DNA of 64,000 nucleotides from Octopus sinensis (Eukaryota): positions 85,746,001-85,810,000 of the forward strand of contig NC_043005.1 in the NCBI RefSeq assembly GCF_006345805.1, written 5' to 3'. This document shows, piece by piece, positions 39,176-50,710 of the stretch (the first letter of the stretch is position 1; each line of letters opens with the position of its first letter). The position numbers and the translations under genes are program-made. The notes below the pieces were generated by a model, which was not told the DNA's origin, did not search any database, and worked only from the letters and a program-made list of their open reading frames with translations.

Positions 39176-39990
39176 ATATATATATATAATTAATCAATAT
39201 AGGGTGGCAAAAAATTTTGTAGAATTTTTTTGCCACCAGCGGCCTAGTGGGAAAAAATTAAATAGTCATAGACCATTTTAAGTTCAACATCACAATCAAG
39301 GAACGGCCATAATAGGCCATTCACCCACTAGAAATAACAGCCAAAGCTTCAACCGCAAATAAAAATCAATTCCGTAAACCAGGAGAAAATAAAAAACATT
39401 TACCCTGTAATTTCTTATACGATGCACCGTTTCATCTACTGTTTAATGGTAAACTAACCTGATTAAATTAAATCAAGCCAATCTTCCATAGGCCCTTAGA
39501 TTCATCAGTAAGAAATAGCCAAGTCGGAACAGATATTTTCACGAGGCATTTCCGACCCTGCCTCGGCAATATCTGACCTAAAATTTTCAAAGCATCGCAC
39601 TCGCGCCAAATTTATCGGCAGCAAATAAATATAAGCCGCCGATTCCATTACGGAATTAACCAGAAAATTCATAATTAATCAATATAGGGTGGCAAAAAAT
39701 TTTGTAGAATTTTTTTGCCACCAGCGGCCTAGTGGGAAAAAAATTAAATAGTCATAGACCATTTTTAAGTTCAACATCACAATCAAGGAACGGCCATAAT
39801 AGGCCATTCACCCACTAGAAATAACAGCAGTGGGACTGAACCCGGAACCATGTGGTTCGTAAGGAAGCTACTAGTATTTATATATATAGATATAAATATA
39901 AAGTATTAGTAGAAAGAGTTATATATAAGCCAGAATATAAACTACACGTCTTAGGCGTAAAATATGAGAAAAGATGAGATATTAAGGTGT

Positions 39991-40029
<39 letters not shown>

Positions 40030-40451
40030 CAATATGCGCGCGCGTGTGTGTGTGTGTGTATGTTTGTGTGTCAGTGTTTGTTCCCTCAATATCGCTTGAC
40101 AACTGATGCTGGTGTGTTTTACACGCCGTAACGTTCGGCAAAAGAGACGAATAGAATAAGTACTGGGTTTACATAGAATAAGTCCAGGGGTCGATTTGCT
40201 CGACTAAAGGCGTTGCTCCAGCATGGCTGAAAGAAGTAAAACAAAAATCTCTAATTTATTTTAACGGTAACGGGAGCAACAGTTTGAGACGAAGACGCAT
40301 TATGTCGAAATGCGGAGGCGATAAAAGAGCCGATAACTGGAAAGCTGTTCTTATGTTGCCTGTCTTGTTTCTTTCGTTGTTCGCGAAACAAGTTCGTCTT
40401 CGATGTTTTCGTATTTCAAATTTTCGTTGACTAAAACGTTGCTGCATATGT
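38423..40451. repeat. Large inverted duplication: arms 38423-39007 and 39827-40451, spacer ~820 bp
   Basis: The same unique sequence plus SINE pieces occur in opposite orientations; the track shows MQQRFSQRKFEIRK... on both strands. Confidence 0.9.
39190..39826. repeat. Copy of the unclassified 13.3-13.9 kb repeat plus a partial tandem re-start at ~39677
   Basis: TAATCAATATAGGGTGGCAAAAAATTTTGTAG begins at ~39191 and again at ~39677. Confidence 0.8.
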
Positions 40452-41133
40452 ATTTATATATACGACAGGCGTCTTTCAGTTTCCGTCTACCAAATCCACT
40501 CACAAGGCATTGGTCTACCCGAGGTTATAGTAGAAGATACTTGCCCAAGGTGCCACGCAGTGGGACTGAACCCGGAACCATGTGGGTCGTAAGGAAGCTA
40601 CTAATACTTATATATATAGATATAAATATAAAGTATTAGAAAGAAGTATACAAATGCCAGAATAGAAAATACATGTCTTAGGCATAAAATATGAGAAAAG
40701 ATGAGAATGGAACTTGTATGTATGAATGTATATGTACATATATATATGTATAATACGAGGAATTTAATAGAGATAAAGCTTCAGTATATAGTGCAACTGT
40801 TGTTTTCCACGTATATAAGCTAAAGTTTAATAAATTTGATATCCGAGAAAAATTTCAGATATTTGTCTGAAAAGCAAATTCATAATTCAGATGTAAGACA
40901 TGAGGTATTATTCCATTCGAATATCCACATATTTATATTAAGAGTATGATGATAAGCATATAGAAATATAAACCTGAAATATATACAATATATAAAGGCA
41001 AATTCAAAGAGGCAATTGAGAGTATTATTCCCTACCTGCAGTTGTGTCAGAAAAGTTTTAACGGGTTGTCGGGGTTCCTTTCTTCCGGTAAAATCCAGTA
41101 AGGCGGCATAACATTATGAAAATCTGACTGCAC

Positions 41134-42725
41134 TATTTCTTTATTACCCACTAGGGGCTACACAGAAGGGACGCTACACACATTGGGGACATAGAACATC
41201 ACGATTACATAGAAATGAAAGATGAATTCTGAAAATGATATTATGCCTGTCCTTTAGTTATTAATCCCACACAAATGCTCCTTGTCCAGTTGCTATACAA
41301 AATCCATCCATCTCCATCCTTCTCTCAAACGTCTCTTCAAAGTCCCTCATGATTTTTCCGACCATTCTCACTTCACTTACTTCCCAATCCTCCCTTTCAC
41401 ACATTACCATAGACTCGTCCATTCGTTCCTTTTCAATTACTGCATATCTGATCGGTCCTCTGTCACACCATTGATATTCTTCCATTGTCTTTTTAATCTT
41501 TTCTTTTCCCGTCATACATACAATGTTGAGCCTGGGTTCATTTTTTATTTCTTGATTGTGTATGTCTTTTCTGTTTTCTTGTTGGAGGGGAGCGGGTGGG
41601 TTCACTGTCTGCAGGGAGAGGGTGGGACTCAGAGTGTGTGGGTGGTGTTGGGGTGGACTGGGATTCCGTACTGTTTGCTTTTCCTCTTATTCTTCTCTTC
41701 CTCTTTTTCCTAGCTTCTTCCCATTCTTTTGAAACTTCTTCCACTGTTGTCTCTTTCTCTTCAGGTTTCTGCACTTCTTCCGCCTCTCTTTGTAGTCCCG
41801 CATCCATATCTTTCTCTGGGGAAGGGCAGTTAGCTCTTATGTGCCCTCTCAGGCCACATTTGTAACAGCGAGGAGCTCTACCCTCCATCCACACTCTCAT
41901 GATCACGCCTCCCAATCTGATATTCTCTGTTAGATTCTCTAGTACTTCATCCTCCGCTTGTACATTCAAGTCTAGCGTTGCGCCTCTCCAGCCTTCGATT
42001 TTTACCGTGGCGTAGTGGATGTCTACTTCTTCTTCATAACCGCTAATTATAGCTGCCACAATCCATTCAGCTTCGACATTTCGGGGTATTCCCTCTACCC
42101 TTATTCTAGTGATCTTCCTGTTTAAGTATGAGGGCAAAAGGAATACCCTCTCAGACTTCACTGCTTTCGCCGCCATCCTCCTTGCTACATTTTCACTCCT
42201 GAACTGTACCACCACAGTAGCGTAGCTTGTACCTCTCGTCAGAAATGTTATCTCCTCCTCTGTTCTTCTCAGAGCCTCTTCTATCCATTCCATATTTACC
42301 ACTTTGATTTTTCTCTTTCCGTTTACATAGACCCGGTATATAATAATCCTTTTCTCGTACCATTCTCTGCGCTTTGGTGGCGGTACTAATTCCACCTCAC
42401 CGCCGTCTTTCTTGATAAACTTCTGGTAACTTGGCAGCTTGGCCAAGTCCAACTCTCTCTCCTCTGATTTTTTGGCTACTCCAGCATAGGTATTACCTAA
42501 TTTTTGGTCCATTCTTTTTACCGCTTCTTCCAATTCCTCTTCAGACGTAGACAAGTGCGATAGGGTTTCGAATATTCTTGCCGTCTCTCCCATTAGGGTG
42601 GGGCTGTCCTTATCTGTCTCAACACAGACAGACAAATACCGTACAACCGTACAACAAAAAAAAAAAAGAACGTTTAGCAAAATTAACGTGTAACGCAGTA
42701 ACAAAATTTAACTCACGACTTCGAG
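41134..42725 (-). mobile_element. ORF1-only L1/Tx1 derivative (HAL1-like), ~1.6 kb, flanked by an 18-bp direct repeat
   Basis: 5' UTR, gag-like ORF with CX2CX4HX4C, no EN or RT, 3' tail ending AATAAAGAAATA; ATGAAAATC(T/C)GACTGCAC at 41116-41133 and 42726-42743. Confidence 0.8.
41538..42593 (-). CDS. Tx1-type ORF1 (gag-like, RRM-like region plus CCHC zinc knuckle), 351 aa; a likely C-terminal extension continues in a shifted frame to 41261
   Basis: Uninterrupted frame MGETARIF...APRCYKCGLRGHIRANC...; the overlapping ORF 41261..41605 is homologous to the peptide at 42903-43100. Confidence 0.8.
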   Translation of the reverse strand: MGETARIFETLSHLSTSEEELEEAVKRMDQKLGNTYAGVAKKSEERELDLAKLPSYQKFIKKDGGEVELVPPPKRREWYEKRIIIYRVYVNGKRKIKVVNMEWIEEALRRTEEEITFLTRGTSYATVVVQFRSENVARRMAAKAVKSERVFLLPSYLNRKITRIRVEGIPRNVEAEWIVAAIISGYEEEVDIHYATVKIEGWRGATLDLNVQAEDEVLENLTENIRLGGVIMRVWMEGRAPRCYKCGLRGHIRANCPSPEKDMDAGLQREAEEVQKPEEKETTVEEVSKEWEEARKKRKRRIRGKANSTESQSTPTPPTHSESHPLPADSEPTRSPPTRKQKRHTQSRNKK

Positions 42726-42743
42726 ATGAAAATCCGACTGCAC

Positions 42744-43682
42744 TTATTCTTTATTACCCACTAGGGGCCACACAGAGGGGACACTACACACATTGGGGAC
42801 ATAGAACATCACGATTACATAGAAAATGAAAGCTAAATTTTGAAAATGATATTATGAAAGTGATGCTAACGGCCCCATCCGTTAGCATCACTTACCTGTC
42901 CCTCAGTTATCAATCCCAAACAAATATGCTTTCCTCTCTATTCCTCTCTCGAACCATTCTTCTAACTCCTTCACCGTCTCTTCATCCATATTCACCTTAG
43001 ACATTCCCCAGTCCTTCCCTTTGTACCTTTCCACAAACTCCTCTACTTGTTCCTTTGGGATTATTGCACATCTTTTCTGTCCCCTATCACACCATTCCCC
43101 GACGCACAGATTTGGGAATGAACCCATTTTGCTGCCAGTTCGCGTAGACATTCGCCAGCAGGTGCCCGAACAAGTCTGGCATACTCTTATACAGTCCATA
43201 AGGTGGACCATCCAGTCCCGGTGCCTTACTCGCGTCGCGGTGCGCCATAGCCTCAGTTACCTCCTCAGGCGTAATCGGCCCTTCACAACACTCCGCTTCA
43301 AGCTTCGAGAGGCGCGGCAGCCCGGCGAGGAAATCCGTTAGGTCCCTCTTACTGTCCGGTCCGTTTCCCCCACCCCGAAAAGCTGGGCGAAGTGCTCCTG
43401 AAAGACCTCACGCATCTCCTCTGGCTCGTTTATCAACTTACCTCTTTGGTTCATCAAAGATCGAATTGTGCCATCATTTCCACGTTGGGTTCCACCACTC
43501 GGGCCCATCCTGCTGCCTTGATTCATTCACAACCAATGTACGAATCCTGACTTCAACAATGCAACCCATATGTTGGGCTTCGAGATGCTGGTTTAACGCC
43601 AGTCTCTTAGACGCCACCTGAGCTGCAGAGCCAGATTCCATTGCTTCAACCAAGTCCTTAGCTAATGCTAATTCCTTCCTAA
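42744..43682 (-). mobile_element. Chimeric Tx1 relic: ORF2 linker/RT-start fragment joined to the 3' part of an ORF1-only element
   Basis: GPITPEEVTEAM...SKAPGLDG...LLANVYANWQQNGFIPKSVRRGMV, then a switch at ~43095 to WCDRGQKRCAIIPKE...DW...FER and the same 3' tail as 41134-41260. Confidence 0.75.
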
Positions 43683-43686
43683 TATA

Positions 43687-43860
43687 TCTATATATATAAA
43701 ACTGAGAATGTGTGCCTGCCTGCCTGTCTGACTGTCTGTCTGTCTGTGTGAATCCCTAAAACTTGAGAACTATACAACCAATTTCATTCAAATTTTAGAC
43801 CTGCCTTACTTAGGGTCCATGTAGTGTCATGGGCAAAAGTATGTTTACTTCTTGCCTAGA
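43687..43860 (+). mobile_element. Helitron-like 5' fragment at the point where the Tx1 relic stops
   Basis: A|TCTATATATATAAAACTGAGAATG start; homologous to 37380-37505. Confidence 0.5.
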
Positions 43861-43952
43861 GCGGGCCCACAGCCACATCATATCTTCTCCACTATTTCAG
43901 TATTACGTGTTAAAAGTGAAATAAAAACAGCTCTCTATTGTATGTATATAGA

Positions 43953-44029
<77 letters not shown>

Positions 44030-44036
44030 ATATATG

Positions 44037-44081
<45 letters not shown>

Positions 44082-44225
44082 GTATATATATACATGTATA
44101 TGTATACATGTATAGTATAGCTGAATATGTATACACATATATGCATAGCTGTATATGTATACATGTATATGTATAGATGTATTTCTATAGATATACATGT
44201 ATATGTATACATGTATGTCTAGATG

Positions 44226-44274
<49 letters not shown>

Positions 44275-44380
44275 ACTTGTAATATATACAGACATATATA
44301 TATATATATACACATATATACATGCATACATATATACACCCATACAAACACCTCTACCCACCCCCACACACACATACATA

Positions 44381-44700
44381 GGCGCAGGTGTGGCTGTGTG
44401 GTAAAAAACTTGGTTCCAAAACACATGGTCCTCAGTTCAGTCCCACTGTGTGGTAACTTGGCAGGGGTTTTCTGCTAAAGCCTCAGAGCTACCAAAGCCT
44501 TGTCAGTGGATTTTGTAGACAGAAACTGAAAGAAATCAATTGTAGATATATGTATGTATATATGTAAGTCTATGTGTGTGTCGTTGTGTTTCTCCCTCAT
44601 CACTGCTTCACAACTGCTGTTGGTTTATTTACATCCTCATAACTTACTGGTTTAACAAGAAGAAACTGATAGAATAAGTACCAGGCTTATCAAAATATAA
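44381..44700 (+). mobile_element. SINE family A with 3' extension
   Basis: GGCGCAGGTGTGGCTGTGTGG head; the extension ...GATAGAATAAGTAC... also occurs near 38620-38800, 40060-40250, 47800-48110 and 59940-60090. Confidence 0.7.
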
Positions 44701-44763
44701 AAAAAGCACTACGCAGTGTCTCATATTTTTGTTTGCCCACTCAGTTGTATCTATCAATTTATC

Positions 44764-44870
<107 letters not shown>

Positions 44871-44911
44871 ATTTCGTAGACAGGAACTGAAACAAATCAA
44901 TCGTATATACA

Positions 44912-47084
44912 CGTTGCCCTCAGTAGCTGTCCAACCTCCTCTGCTGAAAGTAGGTGGAATTATATCAGGGAAGCTTTGTATACTACATTAGTAGATACTT
45001 TTGGCATGAGAGAAAGGCAAAACCCAGATTGGTTCAGTGCTGGACTCTCAGAGGTATCGAAGCAAAGCGTGCAGCTCTGATGCAATACAAGAGGGATTAT
45101 TCTACAAGGTCACTCGAAGAACTCAGAAAGGCAAGAAATAAACCCAACTGACTGGCAGACGCTGTGCAAATAGGTATTGGCAGGAAATCTGTCAGAGTAT
45201 CCAGTCAGCTTCTGACAGTGGCGATACCCGTGGGATGTATGCCGGTTTGAAGAAGGCCCTTGGTCCATCCGTAACCAAGTCAGCCCCTCTGAAATCAACT
45301 ACTGGAGATCTCATCAAGGACCAAATCAAGCAAATGGATAGATGGTTGGAGTACTACCAGGGTCTCTACTCACGGGAGACCACGGTAGCTGAGGCTGCAG
45401 TCGAGGGTATCAAGATCTTGCCAGTCATGTGTGAACTTGACAGTCTGCCATCTATAGCAGAGCTCACCAGGGCTATTGACTCCCTAGCAAGTAACAAGGC
45501 TCCGGGAAAAGACGTCATCCCCTTAGTGATCATCAAAACCAGCAAAAACACTATCCTGCTTCGGCACCTTCATGAGCTTCTGTGTCAGTGCTGGGAAGAG
45601 GATATGCGGGATGCTAACATTACGCTTTACAAAAACAAAGGTGAACGTAATGATTGTAACAATTACCGTGGAATATCTCTTCTAAGCACCGTTAGAAAGG
45701 CCTCTGCTCTCGTTATCCTGTCCAGGCTACAACTGCTTGCTTCTCGAATTTATCCAGAATCGCACTGTGGCTTTAGAAGAAGCAGATCAACTATTGACAT
45801 GATATTCTCCATACGCCAACTTCAGGAGAAGTCCAGAGAGCAGAAAATGCCATTATATATGGCCTTCATTGATCTGACAAAGGCCTTTGACTTGGTAAGT
45901 AGAAAAGGCCTCCTCATCCTGCTCCAAAAAATCGGATGTCCACCAAAGCTGCTGAGGATCATCAAATCTTTCCATGATGATATGTAAGGCACCATACAGC
46001 ACAATGGTTCAACATCAGCCGCCTTCCAAATAAAAAAAACGGGGTAAAGCAAGGTTGTGCCCTTGCTCCTACTTAATTTGCCATATTCTCGCTGCTGCTG
46101 TCACATGCCTTTCAGACATCAGATGATAGAGTGTTTCTGCACAGTAGAAGTGACGGGAAACTGTTCAATCTCTCACATCTGCGTGTCAAGACCAAAATCA
46201 GAAGCGTCCTGATCAAGGAAGTGCTATTTGCTAATGATGCCGCTTTGGTATCACACACAGAAGAAGCCCTACAAAGGCTCATCAACTGTTTTGAGCAAGC
46301 ATGTAGCGACTTTGGCTTAGTTATCAGCTTCAAGAAGACCAACATCATGAGTCAAGCTACATCGGACATCCCAAACATACATATTGGAGACCACAGACTA
46401 CAGGAGGTGGAGAAGTTTACCTATCTTAGCTCTACCGTCACCTACAACCTATCCCTTGATGCTGAGCTCAATATACGCATTGGCAAGGCAGCTACTGTGA
46501 TGGCCCAACTATCCAAACGGGCATGGGACAACAATAAGCTGACCAAGACCACAAAAATGAAGATTTACCAGGCATGTGTACTTAGCACTCTACTGTATGG
46601 AAGTGAGACTTGGACTCCATACACACGCCAAGAGCGTCGCCTAAATATATTTCCCCTGCGCTGCCTCCGGAAAGACCTTCGCATCAAATGGCAGAATCAT
46701 GTCCGCAACAAAGATTTCCTCAAGCAAGCAGGAATACCAAGCATGTTTGCACTTCTCACACAATGACGTATGAGATGGCTTGGATATGTTAGCCGTATGG
46801 AAGATGGCAGAATCCCCAAGGGCATACTCTACGGAGAGCTTGCTAGGGACACTAGGTCTGTGGGAAGACCGTTCTTACGATACAAGGATGTTTGCAAAAG
46901 GGACTTGAATGCCTGCAACATCAATATTAGCAGTTGGGAAGCAATTGCCAGCAACCGTGGAGATTGGCGACGTACCGTAAAAGAGGGAACACAAAGAGTG
47001 ACATAGAGAGAGAGGAGAAATAGAAAGACAAGAAAAGACGTCAACAAAAAAGTATGACATTACAACCAGCCTGGCAAAGTCTTC
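44912..47084 (+). mobile_element. RTE (BovB-like) LINE, internal fragment with stops and frameshifts
   Basis: NPDWF, KAPGKD, DCNNYRGISLLS, FIDLTKAFDLVSR, GVKQGCALAP, LFANDAAL, LLYGSETW and RWLGYVSRMEDGRIPK. Confidence 0.92.
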
Positions 47085-47181
47085 AGTACTAGGTTTATCA
47101 ACATAAAAAAGCACTAGGCTGTGTCTCATATTTTTGTTTGCCCAATCTGTTGTATCTATCAATTTATCTTTGTATGCGTGT

Positions 47182-47268
<87 letters not shown>

Positions 47269-47324
47269 CCTACCTACCTACCGACCGACCTACCTACCTA
47301 CCTATCTACCTATCTATCTATCTC

Positions 47325-47412
<88 letters not shown>

Positions 47413-47462
47413 CCTACCTACCTATCTATCTATCTATCTACATATATATATATATTCAAAAT

Positions 47463-47668
47463 GTGATCGCGTGTGTATCGTTGGCGATTTGTTTCCTCCG
47501 TCTTCCGTTCCTTGGATCTTTCCTTTTCCTATGTTTCTGACGAAGAGCTCCGGTCGAAACGTTAAATCCTCTTTCTTTCTTTCCTTTCCTGGGCGTCCAA
47601 TAACACTATACTTGTTCCACGTTCTCCGCGTTGTTGTGTTTTCTCTTTGTGATTTCATGTGTGGATTA

Positions 47669-47672
<4 letters not shown>
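47463..47672 (+). mobile_element. ~205-bp PLE-related short element with a hammerhead-like motif, in (TA)n
   Basis: CTGACGA-A-GAGC-TCC-GGTC-GAAACGTT at 47537-47563; homologous to 19677-19880. Confidence 0.65.
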
Positions 47673-47733
<61 letters not shown>

Positions 47734-48717
47734 CTTCAAATTTAAAGAAATCCACTGGGTATATTTATATAATATATCTATAACTGTGTGGGTTTATGTT
47801 TGTGTGTATGCCCCACCGCCACTTGACAGTATCTTCCTGTTCTTGTAGTTAGCTGTTTGGCAAAAGCAACCGCTATGATAAGCACCAGGTTTACGATAAC
47901 AAAACTAGTACTGGTGTCGACTCGATCGACTACAACATTCTTTGAGGCGATGTGTTTCTGTCTCCTTAACGTAGCGGTTCGATAAAAGAAACCGATAGCA
48001 TAATTACCAGTCTTCGAAAAATATGGCCGAGATATATTCATTCGACGAAAAAATAACCCGTCAACGCGATGCGTCAGCGTGACCGGAGTCTCATGACTGA
48101 AACAAAGAAGACAAATAGATGGAAGATGTTATGCAATGATCGTCTGGTCCGTTTGATAAAATAAATAACAAAAAGATGGAGCAATCATTGCCCTAATGTA
48201 CTGGAATATATCCAATACGTTCGATAAGTTTTAAACGACGATGTGTGTTTGCTCCTGCTTCATTTTGTCAAGCCACAAAAATTCGAAACTTTAAGACATA
48301 GATATAACTAGATATCTTCGAAAAATCTACTTCGCATATAATACAGAGCTACGTGTATAAATCCCGCCATTTTGTTTAAACTGTAGGAAGTTAGATATTT
48401 TCAACGTGAAAACTTACAATATCTTATCCGTAAATCTACAAGGTGGTGTGGGAGGAATAAATAGATTAATTTTAACACTAGTTATGGTATTAGATGCGAT
48501 TACGAAAATCTGATGTTCCAAGGATAGAAATCATAGAATCGGTTTCACAAATAATTAATTTAAATGAAATTAGTCATCATATAAATAATTAAATTAAGGT
48601 AAAAGGAGGGGTTACATGATTTAAATATTTTGAAGTATTTATATATTTGTGTTCTGTTTATTTAACCAACTTTATAATTAACATAATTAGTTGTTGATTA
48701 ATCTAGTACCATTTACT

Positions 48718-48808
<91 letters not shown>

Positions 48809-48822
48809 GCCTATCTGGCCAT

Positions 48823-50710
48823 GTGAACGAGAATGGGCCCCAACTTTGCGAACCTGTTCGTTGGTTACGTTGAAGCCCAGATATTCTCAAGTTTCACTGG
48901 TCCCACTCCCGAACTATACGACTCTATCGGTGCGACCTCACTTTCCCACGAAAATCTAGACTCTTTCCTCTCTTTTGAAAAATCCTTCCATCCTGCCCTC
49001 CACTTTTCCTGCTCTATCTCTGACACCTCTGTCTCCTTTCTTGACATTTCGGTCAGCATTCATCGCTCCACTCTCACCTCCTACATCCACTACAAATACA
49101 CAGATTCACACTCATACTTCAACTACTCTTCCTCCCACCCTAGACACACCAAACTTACCCCTATTCCCAATTCCTCCGTCTACACAGGCTCTGTAGTGAC
49201 GACCATGACTTTGAGACTCAGTCTCAACTCAAGGCTCGCCACTTCATCCTACGTGGATATCCCCTCACTTCTATCCACACCGCCCTTTTCAGAACACGTG
49301 CTGTGCATCTGCTCTCTCCACCCGTACCCACCCTGCCGTCTCCCGCCTCCCGTTTCCCCTCACCTACTACCATACTACCCTACCTCTCCAACGCACCATT
49401 CTCCGAACCTTCCGGCGACTCCAGTCCGACCCCTCCACTTCGCACATCTTCCCTAATCGACCCTTCCCCCTTTCAAACGAGCTAATAACCTACGACCTCT
49501 TGGTCCATAGCTTTTTCCCTAACCCAACCTCCCAACCCAGCTCGTTCCCCTGCTCCCAACCCAGCTCGTTCCCCTGCTCCCACCCACGCTGCCGCACTTG
49601 TCCTTTCCTCTCCAACACCACCCTCTCACCGGCACCCATCATCGATCCTATCACATCACCGACTCCTTCACCTGCACTTCTACCAATGTCATCTACTGTA
49701 TCACCTGATCTCTCTGTCCTTCTCTATAAATCGGGAAAACAGGACACCGCTTGGCCGACCGGTGTGCGGAACACCTCCGACTCGGCAATGAAACCCCAGT
49801 CTCGCACCATTTCCGCTCTACCGGTCACTGTTTGCAACACCTGTCCGTGTTCGGATTGCCCTTGCACAGGGTCACCTGTACTGCCGTTTGCGCTGTGAAC
49901 AGTTATTAATCTTCTCTCTTCGCTCTTTTGCACCACATATGCTCAACTCTCCTCCTCTCCTCATCTAACTTCCTCTCCTCGCTTCTCTCCCCCTCACAGC
50001 TATTTCCTCTCCCCTACACTTCTCCTCTCTTGCTCCGACTCCTACTTCTTCTCTTCACTCCTACTTACCTTCTCCTTTCCCCCTTCATCGTCACCCCTCC
50101 CGAGCCCTACACATTCCAACCCCAACTTCCCTATCCTTCCCATCCCACTCCACACTATCCCGTACACCAACTCCCACAAACTCTACCTCTACTCCTACCC
50201 TCAGCCTAACCCCCAACCCCACCCTTGCTTTCCCCATACTCGCCTCCCCCACCTCCCAACACCCTCACACCACACAACACACCACTACAACATACACCAC
50301 CATTCTACACAACACATCACATCACATCACACTACCACTAGGACTAACCACTTCCCAGCCCCACATTTTCACATCTACACATACACACACGCACACTTCA
50401 AGGTCACCAGCCTTCTTCCACACGCACATACATACTCTCTTATATACACGCACACACACCTTCGTTTTGGGATCATCACTACTTTGTTATTTCCCCTTCT
50501 TCCTTGCCCTTCTGTGTGACCCTTCTGTCCGGCATTCACCATGATAGATCGCTATCCATTACACATTCTTTATGTTCTCTCCTCATTTCTTTCTGTGTTC
50601 CTTTCTGTGGAAAAGCGTAGGTTCGAAACGTTAAAGAATTCTTCCCTTCTCGAGCTTTATACTAATACATCTGTGTGTTGTCTACACCACCTGTCTTCGT
50701 CTTTAGTTTT
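48823..50710 (+). mobile_element. Penelope-like element, 5'-truncated: RT C-terminal half, GIY-YIG, 3' region
   Basis: MGPNFANLFVGYVE, VSFLDISV and HYKYTDSHSYFNYSSSHP (PLE RT), a degenerate SFTCTSTNVIYCI...GHRLADRCAEHL, and a hammerhead-like motif at 50605-50632; same family as 30948-33435. Confidence 0.88.

Noticed and set aside
41116-41133. The 18-bp repeat as a U1 snRNA target (resembles GAAACTCGACTGCA)
   Set aside because: Only ~8 contiguous bases match, and the flanks lack the Sm site and other U1 sequence.
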